In this document: in pieces, positions 38,630-51,109 of the stretch | Layout: the number at the start of each line of letters is the position of its first letter | Numbering within the stretch: the first letter of the stretch is position 1 | NCBI RefSeq assembly: GCF_004010195.1 | Contig: NC_057718.1 | Span: forward strand, 6,300,857 to 6,364,856 | Direction of reading: 5' to 3' | DNA: 64,000 nt | Origin: Chiloscyllium plagiosum | Taxonomy: Eukaryota | Translations under genes and position numbers: made by a program | The notes under the pieces: model-generated | Database searches by the model: none | Seen by the model: the letters and a program-made list of their open reading frames with translations, nothing else | Told to the model about the DNA's origin: nothing

Positions 38630-39040
38630 CTAACATGGAATGAGATTACAGCCAGGCAGAATGGAAATGTATTTCAGGTGCACTGAGTCCCATACCAGGT
38701 GTATTCGACATAAACATTTCCTGCCATGTTGCTTTCCACTTTCTTACACAATGGAATTCTGCTTAGGTGATTGCCTGCTCTTCTTCACATACAAAGAGTT
38801 AATGCCCACCTCAACATGCCATAGTGGGACTAGTTTAGTTGGGAAACTTGGTCAGTATGGATGAGTTGGACCGAAGTGTCTGTTTCCATGTTGTATGATG
38901 CTATGACTCTGTAATGTCTTACCCACAGAATGGTACCTGGAATGATTCAGCCCCCACTCTATAATGATCCACTCCCCACCTTCCCGTCACACATCAGAGT
39001 ACCCGAGAATCATCTGAGATTCTAGTTATAATCTGAACGA

Positions 39041-39530
39041 CAGTTAGGATTAGGGATAGAGTTAGGGTTATGATTAGAGTTAAGTATAGGGCAAGAGTTA
39101 GGATCATGATTAAGTTTAGGGTTAGGGCTAGGGTTAGGTTTAGGGTGAGGGTTACAGTGAGAGCCAAAGTTAGGGCTACGGTTAGGATTAGTATTATGGG
39201 TTAGTGTTTGATTTAGGGTTAGGGTTGGGGTATGGTTACAGTTATGGACAGAAGTCACACGACACCAGGTTATAGTCCAACACAATTACTTGGAATCACA
39301 AACTTTCAGAGCATTGCTCCTTGAAAGTTTGTTATTTCTAATAAACCTATTGGACTATGACCTGGTGTCATCTGACCTCTGACCTTGTCTACTCCAGTCC
39401 AACACTGGCATCTCCACATCATGGTTACGGTTCACATTATGGCTCCACATTATGGCTTCGGTTAAGGTTAGGGTTATGGTGAAAGTTAGATTTAGGGTTA
39501 GGGTAGGATAAGGTTAGGATTATAGTCAGG
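39041..39530 (+). repeat. degenerate interstitial (TTAGGG)n tract, interrupted by a Penelope family-B fold-back element (about 39248-39420)
   Basis: Hexamer periodicity with several perfect ttaggg/gttagg units on both sides of the insert. Confidence 0.8.
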
Positions 39531-39595
39531 GGATGCTTGTAGATGTGGTGTCAGTCAAGTGGGCTGCTTTGCCTTGGATGGTGTCAAGCTTCTTA

Positions 39596-40380
39596 CATAG
39601 AGTCATAGAGTCATAGAGATGTACAGCATGGAAGCAGACCCTTCGGTCCAACCTGTCCATGCCGACCAGATATCCCAACCCAATCTAGTCCCACTTGCCA
39701 GCACCCGGCCCATATCCCTCCAAACCCTTCCTATTCATATACCCATCCAGATGCCTTTTAAATGTTGCAATTGTACCAGCCTCCACCACTTCCTCTGGCA
39801 GCTCATTCCAGACACGTACCACATTCTGCATGAAAAAGTTGCCCCTTAGGTCTCTTTCATATCTTTCCCCTCTCAAACTAAACCAATGCCCTCCAGTTCT
39901 GGACTCTCCAACCCCCAGGGAAAAGACTTTGTCCATTTATCCTATCCATACACCTCATGATAATATAAACCGCGATAAGGTCACCCCTCAGCCTCTGACG
40001 CTCCAGGGAAGACAGCCCCAGCCTATTCAACCTCTCCCTACAGCTCAAATCCTTCAACCCTGGCATAATCCTTGCAAATCTTTTCTGAACCCTTTCAAGT
40101 TTCACAACATCTTTCCGATAGGAAGGAGACCAGAATTGCACACAATATTCCAACAGTGGCCTAACCAATGTCCTGTACAGCTGCGACATGACCTCCCAAC
40201 TCCTGTACTTAATACTCTGACCAATAAAGGAAAGCATACCAAACACCTTCTTCACTATCCTATCTACCTGCGACTCCACTTTCAAGGAGCTATGAACCTG
40301 CACTCCAAGGTCTCTTTGTTCAGCAACACTCCCTAGGACCTTACCATTAAGTTTATAAGTCCTGCTAATATTTTCTTTCC
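39596..40380 (-). mobile_element. young CR1/HER1 LINE 3' fragment
   Basis: ORF 39878-40402 QRDLGVQVH...LEYCVQFWSPSYRKDVVKLERVQKRF; (catagagt)n tail. Confidence 0.93.
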
Positions 40381-41121
40381 TTGTTCTTGGAGCTGCTCCC
40401 ATCCACGCAAGTGAAGAATATTACCTCACTCTCTTGACTTGTGCCTTGTCGCCTTGGGACAGGTTCTGGGGAGTCAGGAGGTGAGTTGCTAGGTAGGTGA
40501 CAATGTTTAGCAACGGGAGAGGTTTCCTAGCAGCCTATCCTCCTTCAGTCTACACAGATCCTAACCACCCACTCAACTCAGGCTAAGTCTCACAATGATG
40601 ATAACAAAGCTAATGTTGTTAATGGCATGTCAGCCATGACTCAATAGGTTATATTGTTCTCTCTGAATTCCACTTTTCAAATTTAAAAATTAAAACCTAT
40701 TGGGCCGAAGGGCCTGCTTCCACACTGTAGGGAATCTAATCTAATCTAATTTAATTTGAAACAGTCCCTGAACACAAAAATTAATGTGAACAGCCCAGTG
40801 TGGTGTTGAGTGTGAACTGCACTGTTCAAGGTGCTATTTTTTAATTTGGATATGATGTTAAATTTCCATCTACCTGCTCAGTTGGAATCAATTAGTCCCA
40901 CGGCCCTACTTTGAAGGTTGCAGAAGGTGCCTTCAGAGTCCTGGCCAATGTTCTGAGGAAGGGTTGCTGGACCTGAAACATTATCTCTGATTTCTGCTCA
41001 CAGACGCTGCCAGATCTGACCTGCTGAGCTCTTCCAGCAACTTCTGTTTTTGAAGGTACTAAGGAATATAGGCCAAAGGCAGGTATATAGAGTCAGGCCA
41101 CAAATCAGCCATGATCTCATC

Positions 41122-41880
41122 GAAGAGGGAGTCGAAGGGTGGGTCAGTAAATTTGCAGATAACACGAAGATTGGTGGAGTTGTGGATAGTGAGGAGGGGT
41201 GTTGTCGGCTGCAAAGGGACTTAGATATGATGCAGAGCTGGGCTGAGGAGTGGCAGATGGAGTTCAACTCTGTCAAGTGTGAGGTTGTCCATCTTGGAAG
41301 GACAAATAAGAATGCGGAATACAGGGTTAACGGTAGGGTTCTTAGTAAGGTGGAGGAGCAGAGGGATCTTGGGGTCTTTGTTCATAGATCTTTGAAAGTT
41401 GCCACTCAGGTGGATAGAGCTTGTAAGAAAGCCTATGCTGTATTAGCATTCATTAGCAGAGGAATTGAATTCAAGAGTCATGAAGTGATGTTGCAGCTGT
41501 ACAGGACCTCGGTTAGGCCACATTTGGAGTACTGTGTGCAGTTCTGGTCGCCTCACTTTAGGAAAGATGTGGAAGCTTTGAAGAGCAGATTTACCAGGAT
41601 GTTGCCTGGAATGGAGAATAGGTCGTACGAGGATAGGTTGAGAGTGCTAGGCCTTTTCTCATTGGAACGGCGAAGGGTGAGTGGTGACTTGATAGAGGTT
41701 TATAAGATGATCAGAGGAATAGATAGAGTAGACAGTCAGAAACTTTTTCCCCGGGTACAACAGAGTGTTACAAGGAGACATAAATTTAAAGTGAAGGGTG
41801 GAAGGTATAGGGGGATGTCAGGGGTGACAACATCGTGGGCCGAAGGGCCTGTTCTGTGCTGTATTTTGCTATGTTCTATG
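41122..41880 (+). mobile_element. young CR1 LINE fragment with a long open frame
   Basis: ORF 41050-41907 WVSKFADNTKIGG...LEYCVQFWSP...RLRVLGLFSLERRR; inserted in the tail of another CR1. Confidence 0.93.
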
Positions 41881-43427
41881 AATGGTGGTTCAGGCCTGAG
41901 GGGCTGAATGGTCTGTGATGTCCTGATGTTCATTGAACAGTGTTAAAGGATGTAGCCACACCCCAGTGTCAAGTGGAAGATGGGGGGAACAGTCACCAAC
42001 TGCTCACTTGCCAAGTCCAAAGAGCAACTGACAAAAAAAAAAGCTTTTCTCAAAAGTGAGGGGTGAATTTTGAAACAGGGCAGGAGGAACAGCTGGATCC
42101 GTGCACAAAGGTAATAGATTTGCTGCAGTCAAGGAAATTTTAAAACATCAATGTATTTTTCATATGTGGAAAACTTGGAAGAACCAGTCTAATAAATCAA
42201 TGACATGGGGAAGAACCTGGTCATGCACCGACAGAGAAGTCACTCGTGAGCAATGATCGCCTCAAGTTTCTAAGATCCCTGCACGAAACCATCCAGTCGG
42301 ACTTTAAATCAACAAAAGTCTAGGCCCGTCAAGTGCTGTGGAACATGGCAGGTGGTGAACGCATCACATGAGACAACCACCCATGTTCTTTCAAAATAAA
42401 CCACATTTTTCCAACCACAAGGCAAGCCTGAATGCCAGATTCCCCCTTCACCGATGGGAAATCCTGCTGCCTTTAATCCAGCCATCACTCATGTGCAGAC
42501 AGAGAGACATTTGAGGCTTTATTTCAAGAACAGACTGGCCAAAGAAGGAAGAAGACGAAAGAGAAAAAAAATCAAACACAAGGGGCAAGTTTTCACACCG
42601 TTCCTTTGCAGTTCTTCCAGACCATTAAAGCTCAATTTATGGCGTCTTTCTCTCAATCCCCTTTCTCGTATACTTTCTTCTGTTCATTTGTCTGAAAGTT
42701 AAGAACTCCCCCAGTCAATCCCTGCTGCAATGTCCGATCCCAGATATTGTACAGTAGCCAAACCCTGAGCAATGGGCTGCACACGCATGTTACCTCCATT
42801 CGCCAGAGCGATTAGTTTATCAGCAAACTCGGCGATGAGAAAGGATCGAGGGATTTACTGTTGCACAATTGTCTTGCATATTTCCGACCCTAATGGGTTT
42901 TCCAGGGAGCTGTTGAAATTCCTGGAAACGAAACCGACAATTTATCCTCCCTGCAAGATAGATGAACAGACGTATGCTTTTCTTTCAAAATAAGTTGGTT
43001 TGAAGAAAGTTGCTGAGTGTAGATTTGCAGTCCCATTCCCTAAGGTCACATTTGGAGCAAATTTCATCAACAGACTGGACTGAGTATAGGGAGCAACATT
43101 TTCAACTTTGCATATGATATGGAATCGTGTGTAATGGTAGATCATGAAGAGAGTGTCTATGGGATTTTCACGTATTCACTCATGAAATGTGGGCATGGCA
43201 GGCTGGGCCCAGCATTTATTGCCCGTCCCTAGTTGCCCTTGAGAAGGTGGGGGTGAGCTGCCTTCTCGAATCGCTGCAGTCCATGTGCTGTGGGGAGAAG
43301 CTGAAATTAAAATGGAACAGTGGTCATATCACTACTTCATTATAATGCTCTGGGAATGTGGGTTCAAATTCTAAAATTTGACCTCAATCAATAAATTTTC
43401 AATTCAGAAAATCAAATAAGAAACTGT

Positions 43428-43617
43428 AAGTAGACAAACAGGAGGCTGGAAGAATACAGCATCAGGAGGTGGAGAAGTCAACATTTCGGGTATAACCCTT
43501 CGTCTGAATCTTTGACTTCTCCACCTCCTGATGTTGCCTGGCTTGCTGTGTTCTTCCAGCCCTCTGTTTGTCTCATTTGGATTTCAGCACCTGCAGTTTT
43601 ATTTTAAGTCTCTGAAC
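43428..43617. mobile_element. Penelope-derived fold-back mini-element (family A variant)
   Basis: Inverted arms joined at acatttcgggtataacccttcgtc; TSD aagaaactgt. Confidence 0.75.
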
Positions 43618-44189
43618 AAGAAACTGTGGCTGCTGGAAATTGGAAACAAAATTAGAAATTACTGGAGTTAATTTAGCAGGTCTGGCAGCATCTGTGGAGC
43701 GAACATAGAGTTAAAACTTTGGTCCAGTGACCTGTCATCAGAACATGTGAGACCGGAAACATTGACTCTGCTTTCTTCAGTAATCTCTGTTTTCATAACG
43801 TCTTTGTGGGGATTGGTTGGAGGTGATTGGGAGCGTGTGAGGTGCATGTGTGGGTAGGAGAAATCTGCCATTGCCTTCCGGTTAGGCCTATGTGTGGCTG
43901 CAGACACACAATAAAGTTCTTATCTTGTAACTGCCTTTGGAAAATAAATTAATTAATGGGCAATAAATAACGGTCTTGTTGGAGTCACCCACATCCTGTG
44001 AAAAAATACAGGAGAAATAATTGACATAATTAAGACAGGAAATTGAACAATGAACAGTAGATGTAATGGGAAGAACAATAAAGCAATGCAAACTGAGTGG
44101 TCATAGAAACACGCCTTGTTGCAAAATGGTCTGATTTTGAAATATGTCAATGAATAGAGGGACATTGGTAGAATATTTCCATGATAAAT

Positions 44190-44495
44190 GGGCGGCATGG
44201 TGGCACAGTGGTTAGCACTGTTGCCTCACAGCGCCTGAGTCGCGGGTTCAATTCCCGCCTCAGGCGACTGTCTGTGTGGAGTTTGCATGTTCTCCCCATG
44301 TCTGCGTGGGTTTCCTCCGGGTGCTCCGGTTTCCTCCCACAGTCCAAAGATGTGCAGTTCAGGTGAATTGGCCATGCTAAATTGCCCGTAGTGTTAGGTT
44401 AAAGGGGTAAATGTAGGGGTATGGGTGGGTTGCGCTTCGGCGGGTGTGGACTTGTTGGGCCGAAGGGCCTGTTTCCACATTGTAATGTAATGTAA
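44190..44495 (+). mobile_element. HE1-type V-SINE, (TGTAA)n tail
   Basis: Full head, core and tail. Confidence 0.92.
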
Positions 44496-44734
44496 TAAAA
44501 TTTGGAGACAGGTCTAAAAGGGAGAAGAATCCCACTTGAGGGAGACTCATGTTTTGTCGTGCTCTCAGCTCATTGGATATTTGTAAGTGAGCAAAGTAAC
44601 AAATGGAATGAGGAGGAATTTCTAAATTCTGCTGGAGCCTTCCCCGCTCCAATTTCTGAGTCCGACAGCTCTTCACTCTCTGCCCTCAGAGGCATCACTC
44701 AATCTCCACTCAGCATCCCCTAACCATCCCGGCC

Positions 44735-44965
44735 ATGTCTGAGACCAGGCAAGAGTCAACACCACCTTTCAGCGGTGTTTCTGCAGAGGCTCTCCTGAAA
44801 GCTGATCCACAGAGAAGGGAAAGTCTTCTTCCCAGAGAATGCAACAAAAAGACATCACCATTGACAAAGGCAGCCTGGACGGAAGAGGCTGGAATTCATG
44901 GGTGACCCAGCAGAACCTGCCTCCTGGGTCACAAAGCAGGAAAGACTGGCTTCACTTTGCCAGGG
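44735..44965 (+). pseudogene. decayed PIF/Harbinger Myb/SANT-like DNA-binding ORF
   Basis: MSETRQESTPPFSGVSAEALLKADPQRRESLLPRECNKKTSPLTKAAWTEEA resembles the FS..EALL..RRE.LFP..K.AW.E.A pattern of Harbinger Myb proteins; premature stop. Confidence 0.55.
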
Positions 44966-45534
44966 TATGTCCCACTGTCTACTCAGTGCTCCAAGCCCGT
45001 ATGACTGTAAGTTAGCATTGCATGTTTGCCACTGTCACACATGAGATTGGGTGCCAGCAACTTCGATCAGGTACCTCAAGTGCAATCATTGTCTGTCACT
45101 TTGTGACACCTACGCACATAACACATTGAGTCCAGTGGTTGTACTGGCTCCCACACATCTCACAGGGTACACACTTAAAATATAAAAGGAGCTTCTATAA
45201 AAGTCAGCAGCTCATGCACCAGAGGCCCCTCACCTTTGATCACAATTAGAAGCACATTTAATAGTTTTCCACTGAAAACTTGTTATGGGGCAAGAGCACA
45301 ACACAATAGATGGCTTCGTGAGTGAAGCCCCTTTCGGTTGAAGCCCCAGCGGCTTCACATGTGCTGGTATCGGTCAGTGTGGCTGCCTCACTTGGTTAGG
45401 CTTGTTGGCCCAGGCAGGCTTTACACCTTACACAGGAAGTGTTTGTGTAAAACACCCTGGTTGTGAAAGATCCAATAAGTGAAGAAACATCGACGGTCAA
45501 ACATTACTGCGCTGTAATGTTCTATGTAAACCAT

Positions 45535-45975
45535 TAGAACACAAGAAATAGGAACAGAAATAGATTGTTCGGCCTGCTCTGCCATTCAATAGGATCAGGG
45601 TTGATCCAACATTCCTAATGTCCACTTTCCTTCCCTTTCCCTGTAACCCTCGATTCCCTGAGTAATCAGGAATCTATCTCAGCCTTAAATATACACAAGG
45701 ACTCTGTCCCCATAGCTCTCTGCAGCAAGGAGTTCCAAAGACTCACAACCTTCTGAGAGAAGAAATTCCTCCTCATCTCAGTCTTAAATTGGTGCTCCTT
45801 TATTCTGAGACACTATACCCTCTGGTCCTAGAGTCTCCCATGAGGGGGAAACATCCTCTCAGCATTGTTTAGAATCCGAGATGTTTCAATGAGATCACCT
45901 TTCATTCTTCCAAACTCCAGTGAGTAGAGTCCCAACCTATTTAGACTTTGTTTGGAAAACATTCCCTTCATATCC
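45535..45975 (-). mobile_element. CR1 3' fragment
   Basis: Same subfamily as 5440-6090 (atctatctcagccttaaatatacacaagga). Confidence 0.8.
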
Positions 45976-47319
45976 TCACAGTACTCACTGAAGCTTGGAG
46001 GATGAAGTCTACCTGACCAGAAATAGGCTCATTTACAGAATTTGATTGCAAACACAGTTACTCCCATTTTGCCAAACAGGATTATAACCTTTATTTTAAT
46101 TCCAGTGGGCTGGGGTATTATGAACATCCATGACCTTTGTTATCATTGGAAGGATCATGCCCTTTTGCATCCAGCTGAAAACACAGGCAAAGTCGAGATT
46201 TATTTAATTATCTGCCACCTTGCAGCACCCCGTCAGTGCTGCCCTGGAGTGGTCTACAGCTGAGGGGGCAGGATCTTGGCATCTCTTACTCACATCCTCA
46301 CCCAATGAGATGTCTCCGAGTCCCATCAAAGAGTCAAGTTGGTTTCTCATCAACGCATACCCAGCTGGAGCTGTCACAGAGGGGCCAGTTATCAGGAGCT
46401 TGGAATCGACTGACACACAGAGAAGCTCTCACACATTGACAGGTTGAATAAAACAAAAACTGAGTGGTTCAGTTTCCAGCAGATGGAACAAAGGAAACAT
46501 ATCGACTGGATTCTGCCCATTCCTGCCTGATCTAAACAGGAAACTGGTTTCAAATAGTCAGCACTTTGAATGGCTGGGAGTTTTTGCTTCATGTTACATT
46601 TCGACCTGGTTTACCTGCACATACACAGACATGAGCTGATCAGCCTCATTAAGTCATTACCCCCCAGAGCCTGTCCACCACCTACAAGGCACAAGTCAGG
46701 AGTGTGATGGAATACTCCCCACCTGCCTGAGTGGGTGCAGCTCCAACAACACTCAAAAAGCTCGACACCATCCAGGACAGAGCGGAGCACTTGGGGCAGC
46801 AGTGGCCCAGTGGACTATCACAATTCAGACAGCCAGGCTGCAGTGTACTGGGGGGCACATAGCAGATTGTCAAATCTGAATTTAATACAAATCCACAATT
46901 AAAAAGCTGCTGACCATGCTGACGATCATTAAAAAAAAACCCGTCTAGGTCACTAATGCCCTTTGAGGAATGAAATCTGCCATCTGTACCTAGTCTGGCT
47001 GACATGTGACTCCAGTCCTGCAGCAATATGGTTGGCCATTAACTGTCCTCTGGGCATTTTGGATTGGGCAATAAATATTGGGCTGATTAGAAACACTCAT
47101 ATTCTATGTATAAATAAAATAAATCCACTCCCCCACCACCAACACTCAATAGCAGCAGTGTATGCTATCTACAAGAAGCACTGCAGAAAATCACTAAAGA
47201 CCCTTAGGCTTTCCTTCCAAACCCACAGCCACTTCCATCTCAAAGGACAAGGGTAGCAGATACAGAGGAATGCCACCCCCTGCAAGTTCCCCTCCAAGCT
47301 ACTCATCTTCCTGACCTGG

Positions 47320-48375
47320 ACAACGGATGAATGGGCACCGCACAACAATCAACAGAGAGGAGGGTTCCCTCCCAGTTGGGGAACACTTCAGTGGTCCAGG
47401 ACATTCGACCTCGAATCTTCAGGTGACCATCCTCCAAGGCGGACTTCAGGACAGGCAGCAGAGGAAAGTGGCCGAGCAAAGGCTGATAGCTAAGTTCGGT
47501 ACCCATTGGGAGGGCCTCAACCGGGACCTTGGGTTCATGTCACATTACAGGTGACCACCATTGCACTATACACACACACACAGGCACTCCTATACACACG
47601 GACACACACCCTTGCAGACACACACACTCCCACACTCTCTCAGAGACTTATACCATTCTACAATCATGCACACACATATACACTCTCTCTCACAGACGCT
47701 CACAACCCCCCACCCCAGACACACACACTCCCACACTCACACATGCACCCTCTCACAGACTTAAGACACTCTACACTCACCACACACACACACATATACA
47801 CTCTCTCTCACACTAACAACCCTCAATCAAGACAGACAAACACACAGACAGACAAAGACCCACATGCACACATATATTTTGTGGGGTGAATTTGTACTTG
47901 CAGAGTTACATTGTACGTTGCTCAAAAACTGCACAAATTTATGTAAAACTCTGTTATCTCACTTTTTAGATTAGGATCAATCTAAACATCATGGCATAGA
48001 CAGAGAACGCAGGGGGCTAATACCTTCAACATATTGTCTAGCTATCACCATTGTTAACAGCTAACCTGAGAATGCAACCTTTTAAAAAAAAAATTGTGAT
48101 TTACACATGAAAGAAGTGAAACTATCATGGTATTCAAACAGATGAAAGACTCAACAGACAATCAAGGTATTTTTCAATGTATAATTTCAGTTACATCACA
48201 CTGTAAACTTTTGCTATAAATTCTGTGCCTTACAATTGTGTCCTCCACAACCACCTGATGAAGGAGCGGCGCTCCGAAAGCTAGTGTGCTTCCAATTAAA
48301 CCTATTTGACTATAACCTGGTGTTGTGTGATTTTTAACTTTGTACACCCCAGTTTAACACCGTCATCTCCAAATC
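47320..48375 (+). mobile_element. 5'-truncated Penelope-like element, family B (about 1.05 kb)
   Basis: ORF 47327-47554 MNGHR...LPVGEHFSGPGHS...EQRLIAKFGTHWEGLNRD is a GIY-YIG C-terminus; CA-rich 3' UTR; hammerhead; terminus ...catctccaaatc. Confidence 0.9.
48252..48286 (+). ncRNA. intact minimal hammerhead ribozyme motif, family B
   Basis: CAC-CUGAUGA-A-GGAGC-GGC-GCUCC-GAAA-GCUA-GUG: stem I CAC/GUG, palindromic AGCU, predicted cleavage after 48283. Confidence 0.75.
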
Positions 48376-48823
48376 GGAAATATATCAGCGTTCCTTCAGT
48401 GTCATTCAGTCAAATTCCTGAAACTTTCACGCTAACAACATTGTGGATATACCTACAGCACATGGACTGCTGTGGTGTAAGAAGGCAGCTCACCACCACC
48501 TTCTCAAGGGCAACTGGGGATGTCCTTTCAGAGAGCCCAGCCAGTGATGTCTATAGCCCATGAATGAATGAATAAAAACAATTAATAAAGGCCATTGGTA
48601 AGTGCCTTCCTGGAATTTTCTAGTTGACCTCCAGTCTCCTGGAGATGCTGCAAGGGTTTGGGAAGCAACACTTTATATCCCAGACCATGGGTTTCACCAT
48701 GATAGCCCCTCACCCACCCACCCAATCTACCTCAACCCAAATTCTCCCCAGACTGGTGGCTCAGCTGCTGTTAAGGAATGTGAGAGGGTGGCTCTGGCTT
48801 GAAGCACCCTCTGTTTTACTTAC

Positions 48824-48864
48824 CTTCCATCGAAACTTGATGTCCCATTCAAACTGGAAGGCTT
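48824..48864 (-). CDS. candidate 41-nt exon
   Basis: Acceptor ctttatgttcattcag, consensus donor AAG|gtaagt; open as KPSSLNGTSSFDG or AFQFEWDIKFRWK. Confidence 0.25.
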
Positions 48865-49744
48865 CTGAATGAACATAAAGTTTCGGGACATATTAAGACC
48901 AAATGGAAGAGAAAATTCTGAAAATATTCCTGCCCAATATGCTTGGGAGACTTAGTGGTTAACAAATGATTTGAAATTGGATGACCTTGAAAACCTCTGA
49001 ACCAGAGATGAACACTTACGAAGCAACAATCCCAGTAGATAGTCTCGTTATATAATGATGCACGGTGGTGGCCAATGGACCAATGACAAAAGTAGAGCTA
49101 GCAAATAGCTCGGAAGGTTTTGAAACCAAAGGTTGTAAAAACAGACGTACTTTTAATAAGAAGTCTAGAGGTAGCACATTCCATGTCCCAGTTCATTTAT
49201 CTTGGCTCCAGCTAGACATTTAATTTATAACAAAACTACCTGAAAACCAGCTGAATACTGGTTCAAAATAAATATTATGTGAAATACCTCTGCACCAAAA
49301 AAGAAATCAAGTGTAGAGAAGGAATTGTCAGGAAGGAGCAGTCAGCTGAGAAGCAAAACGACACGGCTCACTGAACTCAAAGTCCGTATGTCCCCTCAAA
49401 AAATAAAGTAAACTACTGTTTCTGTAGTAAAAGGACGGCTAAAGGAACTGCTGGGATATATTTCTTTGGCACGTCTGTCAGAAGGAAAGAGAGCAAGAGA
49501 GAGAGAGAGAGAGAGAAGCCTGGCTCTGGTTTATGTGTGTTAGTGAAACTGCAGACTCAAGATTTTGTGTCAGGACATAAATTTGTTTTTTTGATGATGG
49601 ATTTTGCAGTTTTGGTCCTGATACATGATGTATCACCAAGCCAGTGGCACCTTGAAACAGCCTGTACACTTCAATACTTCCTTTTAAACACTCAACATTA
49701 GCATCAGGCAGAGGTGTGCGATCTTTGATAGGACGTTAAAAAAC

Positions 49745-50800
49745 AGAACAAAGAACAATATAGCACAGGAACAGGCCCTTCGACCTGCACCGACACATTT
49801 TACCCTTCCATACTAAAACTGTCTTCACTTTTAGGATCCGTATCCCTCTATTCCCTTCCCATTCATGCATTTGTCCAGGTCTTCCTTCAATGCTGCTATT
49901 GTGTCTGCTTCCACCCCCTCCTCTGGCAGCGCATTCCAGGCACTCACCACCCCTTGAGTGAATAACTTGCCTTGCACGTCTCTTTTAAACTCGCTAGGCG
50001 AAAGTGAGGACTGCAGATGTTGGAGATTAGAGTCAATGGTATGGTGCTGGCAAAACCCAGCCGGTCAGGCAGCATCCGCGGAGCAGGAGAGTCGACGTTT
50101 CGGACAAAAGCCCTTAAAGTTTCCCCCACACCGCATCTTGAACTCCTGCCCCCTAGTAATTGACTCCTCCACCCTGGGAAAAAAGCCTCAAAGGTTTCAC
50201 TCTATCCATGCCTTTCACAGTCTTATAAATCCTATCTCATCCACAGACTCCATCAATAAACACATAGACTTAAACCCAATATACCGCCCACTACAATGAA
50301 CTACCGGAACCAGTAACCGGATACAGCAGGAACGGAACAAAATAAACACCAGAAGACACAGTACAGCAGCACATCACAGGAGGCTCCAAAGCCCAGATGA
50401 TGTCACCTAGACAGGGGACGAAATGTCTGCAAATCACCTTCCCATACGAACATACCCGCAACCATAGCAACCGGCACCCGAGCTACAAATCTTTACACAA
50501 ACCTTGTACAATCTTATAAACTTCTATCAGGTCACGGCTCAACCTCTTGCATTCCAGTGAAAAAAAAAACCCAATCTGTCCAACCTTTCTTCATAGCTAA
50601 ACTCCCCAGACCAGGCAACATCCTGGTAAACCTTTCTTGTATCCTGTCCAAAGCATCCACATCCTCCTGGTAGTGTGGTGACCAGAACTGTACATGATAT
50701 TCCAAGTGTGGCCTAACTAAAGTTCCATAAAGCTGCACCGTAACTTGCATATCTTTATACTCAATGCACCTTCCAATGGAGGCAAACACGTCGTAGGCAT
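49745..50800 (-). mobile_element. CR1 3' fragment with two Penelope inserts (family A about 49990-50113; family C 50230-50507)
   Basis: LVRPHLEYHVQFWSPHY; the family-C insert SINKHIDLNPIYRPL has TSD aca(g/a)tcttataaa. Confidence 0.85.
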
Positions 50801-51109
50801 GTTGTGCGGTTTTTGCCACCACTTCCTGTGTGAAATTTCATGTGTGCTTGGAATGAAGGTGATATTGGCAAGGCCAACATTTGTTGCCCATTTCCTGTGA
50901 GCTCAATGTCACCTCTTCGGGGACCTCTTCCTCAGTGACAATTTTAAGTAAACAAAGGCCTTGCTAAATCCTCTCTGCTGATGCTAAAGATTGGCTGAGC
51001 CAACATTAATAGAACATTCCTAGCAGTGACGCATACGCCAGACCAATCAGTTGACTTACATCCCAGAGGCTCATTGATGAATCTCATAGCTGCTTGTGAT
51101 CACAGTGCA

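Larger units (their letters stand above)
46675..48575 (+). mobile_element. older LINE 3' fragment split by a SINE and a Penelope element
   Basis: YKAQVRSVMEYSPPA...TTLKKLDTIQD at 46682; resumes at 47120 and 48376; tail atgaatgaatgaat. Confidence 0.7.

Noticed and set aside
39022..39285. Pro/Asn-rich ORF (NPNPSP...)
   Set aside because: Antisense translation of the degenerate TTAGGG tract
41050..41907. 285-aa ORF as a host or domesticated gene
   Set aside because: It is the C-terminal part of CR1 ORF2 in a 5'-truncated copy with small deletions; the start codon is borrowed from flanking repeat sequence
42772..42993. Ig-like motif SLSANSAMRKDRGIYCC (L...DxGxYxC)
   Set aside because: An in-frame TGA lies two codons upstream of the ATG, and the first Ig cysteine and core tryptophan are missing; likely chance
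44190..44262. tRNA genes
   Set aside because: The A/B-box tRNA-like heads run directly into SINE bodies; no standalone cloverleaf seen
47506..47889. His/Thr-rich ORFs
   Set aside because: Translations of the CA-rich 3' UTR of a Penelope element
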